Below are positions 27,603 through 41,204 of a stretch of DNA of 64,000 nucleotides, in pieces (positions within the stretch are counted from its first letter, which is position 1; the number at the start of each line of letters is the position of its first letter). The stretch is taken from the NCBI GenBank assembly GCA_964016885.1, contig OZ024742.1, forward strand, positions 94,612,001-94,676,000, written 5' to 3'. The position numbers were made by a program, and so were the translations under genes. Source of the DNA: Eledone cirrhosa (taxonomy: Eukaryota). Under the pieces are notes generated by a model that did no database searches, was not told where the DNA came from, and saw nothing but the letters and a program-made list of their open reading frames with translations.

Positions 27603-27659
27603 ACTGCCTGATGAGGTCATAGCCATTCAATGGCTATCATTCGAAATATATATAGCAGT
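27603..27659 (+). ncRNA. Minimal type I hammerhead ribozyme in an orphan pLTR-like fragment (~27370-27680)
   Basis: actgc CTGATGA ggtc-atagcca-ttcaa-tggctat-cattc GAAA tatata TA gcagt: 5-bp stem I, intact core, palindromic helix III. Confidence 0.75.
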
Positions 27660-27722
27660 AAATAAAGGATTATAAGTTCATGCGACTGACTTATGTTTCG
27701 TCACTATATATATATATATATA

Positions 27723-27776
<54 letters not shown>

Positions 27777-27780
27777 TATA

Positions 27781-27849
<69 letters not shown>

Positions 27850-28199
27850 CACCACCACCAACCCTCTCTCTCTCTACCCAACCCAGATACATATATAAGA
27901 CAAAGTAATTCACTTTCGCCAAACTTGTGGCTGTAACTTCATTCATTCATGATTATAATGTAATGTACTCATTTTTCCACCTCTTCTAACATACGCCTAA
28001 CTCCATAGTCAGTCCTTCCAACAGCATTTTTAGTCCTTCCAATAGCATTTTATTCTATCCTCTTTCCATTCCCCATGTATTTTCAAAAACAAATCTCTTG
28101 TATTTCTGTCATGCTCGTAAAAATACGGAAGTTTTTGACGTATATTTACTAAACCAATCTTGTATTTTTGTTCGTTAATACGGGGTTCTCACTTAAACC

Positions 28200-31100
28200 T
28201 ATCTTCTCGCTAACAACTCAACACCCCTCCCTCCCGCCCCCACACACCACCATTATTATTACGTGGACCAATCATAAGCCAGAGGCCTATACTATCGCTT
28301 ACCTGGTCGCCTTCGATATATAGGATGGAAGGACTACGGAGTTCCGGAGAGTTGAAGAGAGAAAAATCTGGACGCTCAGCGACAATGCCAAAGTTAAAGA
28401 CAATCACACCTCGAGGACGAAAATGCGAGCATGCCTCTTTGTTTCGGCCGCGGATGGCTAACATAACCCCATCTCCCCCCGCTCCCCACCTTTCCAACCC
28501 CCCAAACGCAATCCAAAACTTCAGATTTGGTACCTTGAATGTAGGCACCTTAAAGGGTCGCTCTAACGAGGTTGTAGAAATGCTTGAACGTAAGGAGGTC
28601 GATGTTTGTTGTATTCAAGAGACCAGGTGGAGGGGTGGATCTGCTAGATACATTGTGGGTAGAAAACGATGCTATAAGCTTTTCTGGGTGGGAAACGACA
28701 ATGGGCTGGGTGGAGTAGGAATCATGGTAGCAGAAAAGTGGGCAGATAAGATAATAGACGTAAATAGAGTGAACGACAGAATAATTAAAATAAGACTTGT
28801 CCTCAATAGAACTACGGTGACAGTAATATCCGCGTACGCACCCCAATCCGGACTGCCCAGCACTATAAAAGACAGATTCTAAGAGACACTGATGCTCACT
28901 ACCTCCCAAATAACCGACAGTGACTATATAATTATTGCAGGCGACCTAAACGGTCACGTTGGACAACATTGTGACGGCTACGACGAAATCCATGGAGGCT
29001 ATGGGTTTGGTACTAGAAATGAGGAAGGCTCCAGAATCCTGGAATTCTGTGATGCAAATAACCTAACTATCTGTAACACTAACTTCAAAAAACGTGACAA
29101 TCACCTGATCACCTATAGATCCGGGGAACACACAAGCCAGGTAGATTATATCCTTACCAGAAGACGTGACAGCGTGTCTGTTGTAAACACTAAATCCCTC
29201 CCCCATGAAGAATGCACCTCCCAACATAGACTGATAATTAGCGACCTCACAGTCAGGACGAGACGTACTCGACAGCAGAAGAGGACTATCCTCAGGAGAA
29301 AAATATGGAAGCTAAAGGACCCCACAGCCAGAAATAAATTTCAAAGCATATTACTTGATGCTTTCGACAGTAAGGAAGAACATTTAGAGTTGGACAATAT
29401 AGAGGGACAGTGGGAATTTCTGAAAGCAAACCTGCTGATGGCGACAGACGAAGTCTGTGGCTGGAGCAGGCCTGTAGGCAGGAGGAAAGTAACATGGTGG
29501 TGGAACAGTAAGGTGGAGGGGTCAATTAAGGCCAAAAAGTAGGCTTGGAAAGTATGGCGGGATGGGGGACGTAGAGAAGACTATCAAGTGGCCAGGAGGG
29601 AAGCTAGGAGACAAGTGTACTTAGCAAGAAGGGAAGCTGAGGAAAGAAAGTTCAAGCATGTTCTACAACGCGAGGACCAAAAACGTGAGGTGTTCAGGAT
29701 TGCTAGGCAATGCGTCAAGGAAAACCGTGATATTGTCGGGGAGAAGTGTGTACTTAACGATGATGGCATACTTGCCATCACCGACGCTGATAAGAAGGTA
29801 GCTTGGAAGTGTCACTATGAAAGGATACTAAATGAGGAGAATAAATGGGAGAAAGACAGTCTCCCCCATATCGACCCTATAGAGGGACCAGCAGTGTTAG
29901 TCGAGGGGAGTATAATAAGTAAAGCAATCAAGGATATGAAGACGGGTAAGGCGGCTGGGCCTTCGGAAATAGTTGCTGAGATGCTGAAGGCATCTGGCAC
30001 GGTGGGACACACCATGGTCACCCGCATAGTTAACCAAGTCGTACAGAATGGGGTTGTTCCGAAGGACTGGCATAGCAGCATCATCGTTAACTGTTATAAG
30101 GGTAAAGGAGACGCCCTAGATAGGAGTAACTATAGAGGCATTAAATTAATCGACCAGGTCATGAAGGTCACGGAAAAAGTAATAGCACAACTAATCAGAG
30201 AGAGAATTGACCTAGATGAAATGCAGTTCGGGTTTGTGTCAAGCAAAAGTACCACAAACGCTCTTTTCATTGTACGACAACTACAGGAGAAGTACCTAGC
30301 TAAAGGTAAACCCCTCTACTTAGCTTTTGTCGACTTGGAGAAAGCTTTCGACAGAGTCCCCCGCTCCATTATCTGGTGGGCTCTTAGAAAACTAGGCGTT
30401 GACGAATGGCTTGTGAGAGCTATACAAGCCATGTATAAAGAAACAGTTAGCAAGGTTAGAATTAACAACGAATATAGTGAAGAGTTTAGCGTAAAAGTTG
30501 GCGCCCATCAGGGCTCTGTTCTCAGCCCCCTACTATTTATTATTGCCCTTCAGGCTATAACAGAGGAGTTCAAGACCGGCTGCCCATGGGAACTCCTATA
30601 CGCAGACGACATGACACTCATAGCGGAATCAATGGCCGAGCTAGAGAAGAAATTCCAAACATGGAAGCACGGCCTAGAATCAAAAGGACTTAAAATTAAC
30701 CTGGCTAAGACTAAAGTTCTAGTTTGTAGGAAAGAAAATAAGGCGGCGGTCCCTTCTGGGAAATGGTCGTGCTCGGTGTGTAGGAAAGGCGTAGGTAGAA
30801 ACTCCATTTTATGTCCTAAATGCAAAGTATGGGTGCATAAAAGATGTAGTGGGATCACATGTAAGCTAACTAAGAACATAGATTTTACATGTGGCCAGTG
30901 CTCTAGTGCAATAAGCAGCAGCAAGTGCCCACGAAATACTAGCTCTTTCAATTGCGCAGAGGGTTCTATAGAAATAGTGGACAGCTTCCGTTACCTGGGT
31001 GATAAAATCAGCAGTGGGGGAGGGTGCTCTGAAAGTACAGTAGCTAGAGTCAGAACTGGTAGGAAAAAGTTCAGAGGGCTTATACCACTATTAGCTGCTA

Positions 31101-31957
31101 AAGGGTTCTCCCTAAAAATGAAAGGCAGGTTGTACGATGGCTGCATACGAACAGCAATGTTGCATGGCAGTGAGACCTGGGCATTGTGTGCAGAGGATAT
31201 ACGCAGACTAGAGAGGAACGAAGCTTGCATGCTCCGCTGGATGTGTAACAGTAATATACGTGAACGGCAAAACATAAACGAACTAAGGAAAAAATTAGAA
31301 ATAAGAGGGATCAGATGTTGTTTACTCGAGAGAAGGCTACGTTGGTATGGACACGTGATGCGCATGAAAGTCGATAGCTGTATAACAAAGTGCAGGGCGA
31401 TAAAGATAGACGGTAGCCACGGAATAGGCAGACCTAGAAAAACCTGGGACGAGCTGATAAACTCCGACCTCACACATTTACACCTTTCCAAGACAATGTC
31501 ACTGGACCGAGACCTTTGGCGGTACTCAGTAACAGAGAAGACCCGCCTTACCTAAATACATAGTAAAACCTACTACAGCCAGTAGGCATCTCTAACAAAA
31601 TACCCCCCCGTCCCACCCCACCACCCCCACCCCATCCACACCACCCCGTTCTATGTAAAGTTATGTTGGTGCCACACCATCCAGGCCGAAACAAATGAGA
31701 TCGTGTAGGTGTCACGACAAAAAAACACACAGTCCACGCTGTAATGTGGCCGTGTAGGCAACACGGTAAAAACCTCCCAGACCCACACTGTAAATGTGGT
31801 TGGTGTTAGGAAGGGCATCCAACTGTAGAAAACTTGCCAGACAGTCCTATGCGAGCAAGACAATCACTCTTGCCTCAAGTGGGAATACCCCCGTCCAAAC
31901 CCATGCAAGCGTGGAACACGGACGTTAAACGTTGATGATGATGATGATGATGATGAT
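28200..31957 (+). mobile_element. Near-full-length RTE LINE subfamily A
   Basis: ORF above plus ~370-nt 3' UTR ending GGACGTTAAAC(GAT)n; 5' boundary uncertain. Confidence 0.9.
28325..31555 (+). pseudogene. RTE LINE subfamily A single ORF: APE endonuclease + RT + PHD-like finger, two in-frame stops
   Basis: ORFs 28325..28882, 28892..29542 and 29588..31555 share one frame. Motifs TLNVGTL, CIQETRW, AYAPQ, GDLNGHVG, VDYIL, QFGF, AFVDLEKAFDRV, QGSVLSP, LLYADD, FRYLG, RRLRWYGHV. Confidence 0.95.
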
Positions 31958-32012
31958 ACTGATATATATATTTATACATATATAAATATATATATACTGA
32001 CATATATATTTA

Positions 32013-32053
<41 letters not shown>

Positions 32054-32075
32054 TGTCATAAATATTTATATATAC

Positions 32076-32157
<82 letters not shown>

Positions 32158-32202
32158 TGATATATATATATACATATATATATATATACTGATATATATA
32201 TA

Positions 32203-32238
<36 letters not shown>

Positions 32239-32240
32239 CA

Positions 32241-32293
32241 GAGATTCCTGATGATTTCAAATGAATGAAACAGTTCTAGTCCTGTAGAATCTC
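32241..32293 (+). ncRNA. Type I hammerhead ribozyme motif isolated in a (TA)n tract
   Basis: gagattc CTGATGA t-ttc-aaat-gaa-t GAAA cag-ttctagtc-ctg TA gaatctc: perfect 7-bp stem I, true stem III, GUA site, U-U at the base of stem II. Confidence 0.8.
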
Positions 32294-32307
32294 ATATATA
32301 TTAAAAC

Positions 32308-32342
<35 letters not shown>

Positions 32343-32363
32343 TATATTTATATATATATATTA

Positions 32364-32461
<98 letters not shown>

Positions 32462-32473
32462 TATATTTATATA

Positions 32474-32532
<59 letters not shown>

Positions 32533-32687
32533 AATGAATAGAGGTGTAACACAAGTTATTATATATTGGTAAACGGAATTAAAAATGCTGACAAATTGTT
32601 CACAGTTGAAAAATGGTTTAATTAGGAATAAAAGAGTATTAGTGATTGTATGGGTTAGTATTCAGTTGTGGTTTTAAGTTTATAGGT

Positions 32688-32724
32688 TTTTACCGGTTGC
32701 GCATTTCTAAATGCTTTTCAAAAA
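32688..32724 (-). ncRNA. Hammerhead-like variant (U3:A8, GCAA) in PLE pLTR
   Basis: Reverse complement of 36673-36709. Confidence 0.4.
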
Positions 32725-33142
32725 TAATTTTGAGATAGAGTGTCCGTGTTGTTTGCTCTGATCTGATTAGTTTTGGGAATTCTACCTGTTTTTATGTTAA
32801 AAAAGTGGCTCCAGCGTTACTTTGGTGTTGCAAAAATTCTTGTGGTCAAAACAATTTTGATTGGTCGGTAGAGGTCATGTGAATGTAAAAAATTGATTTT
32901 GCGCCAAGACTGTTTTTATGTTAAAAAAGTGGCTCCAGCGCTATTTGGTGTTTGCAAAAATTCTTGTGGTCAAAACAATTTTGATTGGTCGGTAGAGGTC
33001 ATGTGAATAAAATATTGGTTTTGCGCCAAGTTTGAGAAATGACTCTTTCACAACAAATATGTGTGTGTGTGTGTAGTAGTAGTAAGGTGTTCGATGTTGT
33101 GATAATGGTTATCAGGGATATGTGTCAAATGGCTATTAAGAT

Positions 33143-33144
<2 letters not shown>

Positions 33145-33217
<73 letters not shown>
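33145..33217. repeat. (GT)n microsatellite
   Basis: Direct inspection. Confidence 0.95.
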
Positions 33218-33221
<4 letters not shown>

Positions 33222-33625
33222 GCAGAGTAATTCGTGGTAGCAGGGATGGTCAGTAAGAATGTGTTTGAAAGCAATGGGGTGTATTTTAGCATGTCAAAAG
33301 ATATTTTTCAGCTTTTGTCTTATACGGAGAAGTGCGTGTGTATAAGTCTCTTTGTATGTTAATGTACGCGTGTGTATGTGTGTGTGTATATATATGTGTG
33401 TGTGTATATATATGTGTGTGTGTATATATATGTGTGTGTGTGGGGGGGGGGGACCAGTATTTTTTCCCCCTGGTAAAATGGTGTACATTATTCGATTTTT
33501 TCAGTAAAATCGGTTCTCTTAATAGAACATCAAAAATCTTAACAATAAAAGGTGTGAAATGATATTCACTACATATATATATACGCATACATATATTCAC
33601 TATACATATATATACATATATATAC

Positions 33626-33746
<121 letters not shown>

Positions 33747-33864
33747 TTTGTTTGTGTTGCACCATAGAGCATGTGTGTTTACGTATGTCATCGTGTTTAT
33801 ATGTGGGTGGAGATGTGTGCTGATGTAGGTATGTATGTTAACGTGTGTATGTTGTGGGTTCGTC

Positions 33865-36120
33865 TTAGGGAGAAGTGTTTAGACGGGGTCCGTATTTGTT
33901 AATGAAGTAAGATTCCTTGCTGATGCGCTGGGTGTGGGTGGCATTATCTTTAAATTTGTAGAGGGGAAAGATTCTGAAGTTGGGATGATTTTGGGCGGCA
34001 CAGGTATCAATGTGTTCACTCAGTGATATTTTCCTGTATTCCCGTATTTTAATTTGGGATCTATGGACAGTCATGCGTTGGTGGAGGCTGTTTTTGGTCT
34101 GGCCTATGTATTGTTCTCGACAACCTGAGCAAGTTAATACATATATTAGATTTTCCGATGCACATGTGAAATTGTGTTTTACTATAAAATGTTGTCCATC
34201 TTTGAAATAGAATTCCGAACCCTCTATTAGGTTGATGCAAATGCCACAGTTGGGTCTATCGCATTTTTTTACTGTGGGTTTCGTTGTTGTGGTTGGCAGT
34301 ATTTGGCATCTGTTAGGATGTTTTTCATTGACTTGGATTGTCTTTTGCTCTTTATGATATCGTGTGTTCGTAGAATTTGGTTCATTCTATGGTCCTTTTT
34401 CAACACATGGATGATCTGGAGGATGGTGTCAAAGGCCTCATTGTTGAGAGGGTTGTGTGTGGAGATGTATGGAAGAGCTTTAGTTTCGGTTGATTTACTT
34501 TAGGGTGTCTAAGGTCCTGGGAACTGAGTTTTAGGGCACGTTGGATTCCATTGTCAATTAGTGATGCAGGGTAGTCCCTGCCTATGAGTGTGTCCTTTAG
34601 TTCTTGTAGCCATAATTAGCAGATGTTTTTTATTGGAGACTATAGTACAGATTCTCTTGGCTAAGTTGTAGGGAATATTAATTTTAACGTGTCTAGGGTG
34701 GCAAGAGTTGAAGGGGAGATATTGCTTGGAGTCTGTGGGCTTGTAGTATATGTCTGTTTCTATTTTTTGTTATGGATCTTAATGAGGATGTCGAGGAAGG
34801 GGAGTTGTTGAAGGCTGTATTCCATCGTGAAGTTAATATTCGTGTTGAGCCTATTTATAAGGGTGTGAAATTCTTTAAGTTTTTCGATGTTTTCGTGCCA
34901 AAGGATGAAGCAGTCATCTAGATATCGCTTCCAGTTCCTTTCAATGTGTAAACGGAGAATGTTTCCAAATTTGTTTAGTACTCTAGTGTAGAGGGTGATT
35001 TCCAGGTATCCCAGGACTAGGTTGGCATAAGTGGGGGCTGTTTTCGTTCCCATAGCGGTCCCAGATTTCTGCCTGTAGGGTTTGTTATTGAAAACGAAGT
35101 AATTGTTTTCCAAGATAAATTTGAGTCCCTCTATCACGAATTCTTTTTTGATGCATTGTGGGAGTTCATTGTGGAAATTATCCAGCCAGAATTGGATAGC
35201 TTCTATTCCTAGGTTGTGGGGGATGTTGGAGTATAGGTTGACTACATCGAACGTCACTAGTAGGGTTTGTTCAGAAAGTGGCATATTAGGGAGGTGATTG
35301 AGCATATCTAGGTCGTCCCTTATATAGCTTTTGATGTGTTTGAGGAAGGGTTTGAGAAGGGTATCAATGAAGTTGCTAAGACGGTGCGTTTCGCAAGCGG
35401 GGCCTGCTATTATAGGTCTTAATTTGAGATCATTGGGTGAGGGGACATTGAAGACTATGTCTGTGGCTTCCTTGCATGCCTTACTTATTGATTCGCTTTT
35501 ATGTACTTTAGGGATACCGTAGAAGAGGCTGGATTTACTTGTGAAGTCTGTGATGAAGCTGAATTCCTTGTTAGTGAGTCCTTCTTTGTATTGGTTGTTC
35601 AGAGTTTTTAGGTTTCTCATAATTTTCTGTTGATTGTAGTGTTCAGCCTTTTCGTAGTATGTTTCGTTTTCCAAAGTGGAGAGCGCTAAGTTGATATAGA
35701 ATTCTGTCTCCATTAGGACTACTGTACTCCCTTTATCAGCCTCTTTAATTGTAATGGTTCTGTCGGTTTTTAATCTATTTAATTCTTCCCATTCTTTCTT
35801 GTTGAGGTTTGGCTTGTGTTTTTGTCTGTGCAAGTGTTGGTAAGGGAAGTTTGTGATGTTTTCACAGAATTCGTCCTGGATTTTATTTCTACCTTTTGAA
35901 GGGGTGTAATTGCTTCTATTTCTGGCTAATGATTCATCCTCATTGTACTGGTCGAATAGTTGTTCACTAAGTCGTAACTTTCTACAGAAGTCTGCGATGT
36001 CTTCCTTCATTTCATATTAGTTAGGACGTAGTGGGGTCGGTGTGAATTTAAGACCTTTGGAGAGTAAGTTGATAAGGTTGGGTGTTGGTTCTGCACTAGT
36101 AAGATTGATAATTGTTATTA
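33865..36120 (-). pseudogene. PLE RT + GIY-YIG ORF, disrupted
   Basis: ORFs 34760..36010 and 33865..34074 plus intervening frameshifted segments (TDIYYKPTDSKQYLPFNSCHP). Confidence 0.9.
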
Positions 36121-36462
36121 CTATCGGTTTCTCCTCCCTGTCTTGTGTTATTTTGTTTGCCTGTATCTGGGTGCTGTGTCTAAAAAGTGGTTGGGGTAGA
36201 GGGGTTGTCTGCTGATGTTAAGTGGTCTCCTGTGTTTGTTATATTCCTTGTTGTTGTAAAATGTGGTTCGGGTTGGTGGTTGTAGATTGAATGGGGTGTT
36301 CCTGTACTGCGAGTATGGGTGTGTGTTTCTATGTGCCATGTTGTATTGTGGTGTTATAAGTGGCCTACGTTGTTGGTTGTATCGTGTGGTGTGGGTTTGT
36401 TGTGTATTGTGGAAGCGAGAGTTGAGAAATGGTAATTACCTTGCTGTCCACTTGAAGCGGGG

Positions 36463-36574
36463 AAGTTGTTACATCTATCATGCAACACCAAAGTTGTTAC
36501 ATCTATCATGCAACACCAAAGTTGTTACATCTATCATGCAACACAAAAGTTGTTACATCTATCATGCAACACCA
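36463..36574. repeat. 4 x 28-bp tandem repeat at the PLE inversion junction
   Basis: AAGTTGTTACATCTATCATGCAACACCA at 36463, 36491, 36519 and 36547 (one substitution in unit 3). Confidence 0.95.
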
Positions 36575-36672
36575 AAGTAACGCTGGAGCCACTTTTTTAA
36601 CATAAAAACAGGTAGAATTCCCAAAACTAATCAGATCAGAGCAAACAACACGGACACTCTATCTCAAAATTA

Positions 36673-36709
36673 TTTTTGAAAAGCATTTAGAAATGCGCAA
36701 CCGGTAAAA
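36673..36709 (+). ncRNA. Hammerhead-like variant (U3:A8, GCAA) in PLE pLTR
   Basis: ttt TTGAAAA gcatt-taga-aatgc GCAA ccgg TA aaa; stem I is weak (A-U only). Confidence 0.4.
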
Positions 36710-36827
36710 ACCTAAAAACTTAAAACCACAACTGAATACTAACCCATACAATCACTAATACTCTTTTATTCCTAATTAAACCATTTTTCAACTGTGAACA
36801 ATTTGTCAGCATTTTCTATTCCGTTTA

Positions 36828-36870
<43 letters not shown>

Positions 36871-37012
36871 CTGTCGAAGTTAACCACGAATCTTTTAAAA
36901 ATCTCCTCACCGAAGTTAACAAATAACTTACTAGATCTACAAAAACCGAATTGTAAAATTATAATATCATAAAATGAAATTGCTGAGAACTACAAGTGAA
37001 ATCATTCTTTTC

Positions 37013-37080
<68 letters not shown>

Positions 37081-38079
37081 TATACAGAAATCAAAATGCT
37101 CAAAATTAGAAAATCTTCAAAATAAATTAATTTCATAGAGAATAATACTTGAATGTAAGAAATATAAACAAAGAACTTCCAGTCTACAGGCTTTGTTTAT
37201 CTTTCATATATACGTGTATTCAAGTATATATGCGAGAGACTGTTTTATGTATGTATATATGTTTGTATGTATATGCACCTCTCTCTCTATATATATATGT
37301 ATATATATCTGTATGAATGTATGTATATATGAATATATGTATGAATGTTTGTATTAATATATGTATGTATGATAAGTAGATGTATGTATATATGTATATT
37401 TGTAAATACACTGAAAACTAGTCACATACATATGTAAATACTCAAACCATAAGTTCAGCAGTCTGTCGGTTTGTCTGTCAGTTAACCCTTTCAAATACAC
37501 AGCAGCTGCCAAACAAATGAACACAACATTCCACAGTGGCTGTGTTATGAATAAAAGAAACCTTGTCTACCTATTCAAGTTTACAGATTGTGGCATAATG
37601 TGAAAAGGTTTGGTTGGTTACATGTAATTTTACCAATTACAAATTGAATATATACTGCCACTGATGAATATAAATACAATTGTCTAACATTATTCAGAGT
37701 TCTACAGAGACTATAGATCTTTGTTTTCAATGGTAGATATCTGAATATAATGCAATTAATAACTAATGAACAAATAACAGAAAAATGGCTTTTTCAGAAA
37801 TTAGACAAAAGGACAAAAGAAAGCATTCGTAAATATTGACAATAATGGAAGATATGAATGTGAGAATATGGGAATGTGAAAATGTGAATGAGAATGTAAG
37901 AATATGTGAGTGTAAAAATATGTATATGCATGAATATATGAATATGTGTTTGTGTGGTGGTATGATTACAAAAGCCTCACTGCTAGCTGAATTGCTTGGT
38001 CTTCAAATAGTTAAGACGTGCAGGAGTTATAAGACGTAACACAATTTTGCTAACTAAAAACTATCCTTTCTAATATTGC

Positions 38080-38270
38080 ACAATTAAGGAAAAGGATAAA
38101 AATCAATCATAATGAACCCACTATTTCAACTGGACATCGTTTTATGAACCTCAAAAGGATACAACTCAAAGTTTACCTTGGTAGGATTTGAACTCAGAAT
38201 GTACAAAATCCTAACCAAATACTGCAAAGCCTTTTGTCTGATACTCTCCCTATCTGCTAATCCATCACCC
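38080..38270 (-). mobile_element. Degenerate Meta-domain SINE
   Basis: GGATTTGAACTC (reverse B box) and the same layout as 46093-46277. Confidence 0.6.
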
Positions 38271-38496
38271 TTGTTAACTATAAACAATGCAAGACATGAT
38301 ACGTATCAACAAGTAGTTGAGGCAAATAGATTGAGCAAATAGATTGAGCACTAACCTGCTGATGTATACTATAAATTAATATCAGTATTGAAATAGTATA
38401 GGATTTAACAGAAGTTGTTAGAAGCATGTATGTCAACACAAGCATATATATATATATAGTTCGGAATACAAAAAACAGACAACACAAAAAAATATA

Positions 38497-39382
<886 letters not shown>

Positions 39383-39467
39383 TTAACATCTAGCTTCCAC
39401 GCTAACATGGGTTAGATGTATATACATATATATATGTATATACATGTATATGCATATATGTATATAT

Positions 39468-40055
39468 CTGTATATATATAAAGACGAAGTTTTCTGTATG
39501 TGTGTCTATGTGTGTGTGGACAATTTTTAAAGAGGGCTCATATATTCTAAACCATTCATGCGATTTCTTTGAAATTTTTTACAGAGCTTCTCCTTGCAGA
39601 AAAGCTGTACATAATCTACAAAGGCTTTCAAAAATCGATTTTGGGGCCTTTCGAGACATTAAATATATTTCAGTTATGTGTGTGAATTTTCGTGATTAAG
39701 TAAGACAATAGTTATCTTTCGTAATTCGGCTCATTCGGATTTTAATTTACTCTTTGTACTTGAAACAAAAGGTACGCTTCCTTGAGACTAACAATATCAT
39801 TTTGTATATTTCAGAACCAGCAATTTCTAACAGATTACTAAGTTAAGTTATAGATTTGACATTGTATAATATATCGTTTCAAGCTTGATGTTCATACATT
39901 AAGTGATGTAATAACTTTTACAATATAATGCTTTGTACATAATAGTGTCTATTATTCACTTCACTATTTCATGATGCGCTTTTACTGTTGTAAAAAAAAT
40001 GTATACCTAGAAGGGTTTTCTGATCTTACATGGTATAACGGATGACACCGAGCTC
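39468..40055 (+). mobile_element. Probable degenerate non-autonomous Helitron
   Basis: Starts TCTGTATATATATAAAG followed by a (TG)-rich tract; the 3' hairpin and CTAG are not intact. Confidence 0.4.
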
Positions 40056-40079
40056 ACATATTAATTATTTTGCTGTAAT

Positions 40080-41106
40080 AGTGCCCACAGAATACTATCT
40101 CAATCCATTGCCCAGAGGGTTCTATAGAAATAGTGGAAACCTTCCGTTACCTGGGTGACAAAATCAGCAGTGGTGGAGGGTGCTCTGAAAGTACAGTAGC
40201 TAGAGTCAGAATGGGATGGGAAAAGTTCAGAGAGCTTATACCACTATTGGCCGCTAAAGTTTTCTCTCTAAAAATGAAAGGCAGGCTGTATGATGCCTGC
40301 ATACGAACAGCGATTTTACATGGCAGCGAGGCATGAGCATTGTGTGCAGAGGATCTACGCAGACTGGAGAGGAACAAAGCTTGCATGCTCCGTTGGATGT
40401 GTAATAGTAATATACGTGAAAGGCAAAGCATAAATGAACTAAGTGAGAAATTAGGAATAAGAGGGATCAGATGCTGTTTACTCGAGAGAAGACTATGTTG
40501 GTATGGTCACGTGATGCGCATGAAAGACGACAGCTGTATAAAAAGTGCAGAGCGATCAAAATAGACGGTAGCTATGGGTAGGTAGACCCAGAAAAACTTG
40601 GGACGACTTGATCAATTCCGACCTCACACACTTACACCTCTCCAAGACAATGTCACTGGACTGAGATCTTTGGCGCTACACAGTAATACAGAAGACCCGC
40701 CTTGCCTAAGTACAAAGCGAACCCTAGAGTCAGTAGGCACGTCTTAACCAAATTACACCCTCGCCCCACTACCCCCGCCCACTACCCCTACCCCACCCCC
40801 ATCTACACCACCCATTCGATGTGAAGTTATGTTTGTACCACAACATCCAGTCCTAAATAAATGAGGTCGTGTAGGTGTCACGACAAAAAAACACACAGTC
40901 CATGCTGTAATGTGGCCGTGTAGGTAACACGGTAAAATTCTTCCAGCCCACACTGTAAACGTGGTTGGTATTAAGAAGGGCATCCAGCCGTAGAAAACCC
41001 GCCAGACAGTACTATATGAGCAAGACAACCAATCTTGCCTCAAGTGGGACAATTCCCGTCCAAACCCATGCTGGAAGATGGACGTTAAACGATGATGATG
41101 ATGATG

Positions 41107-41108
<2 letters not shown>
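40080..41108 (+). mobile_element. 5'-truncated RTE LINE subfamily A
   Basis: ORFs 40133..40336 and 40340..40564 match 30960-31555; shared 3' UTR and (GAT)n tail. Confidence 0.92.
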
Positions 41109-41139
<31 letters not shown>

Positions 41140-41204
41140 TACATATATATATATACATGTATATGTATATACATACATATATATATATATATACATATAT
41201 AATA

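Noticed and set aside
28266-28324. HDV-like ribozyme upstream of the RTE-A ORF (gccag/ctggt crossing cctata/tatagg)
   Set aside because: RTE 5' UTRs can carry HDV-like ribozymes, but here P1 is only 5 bp, P3 is mismatched, and there is no clear P4 or J4/2; needs a descriptor search.
29815-31491. Antisense ORFs over the RTE elements (also 54159-56624)
   Set aside because: Shadow frames of the LINE coding strand with no independent motifs.
36463-36574. 28-bp repeats as a CRISPR array
   Set aside because: Repeats are contiguous with no spacers, the context is eukaryotic, and there are no cas genes.
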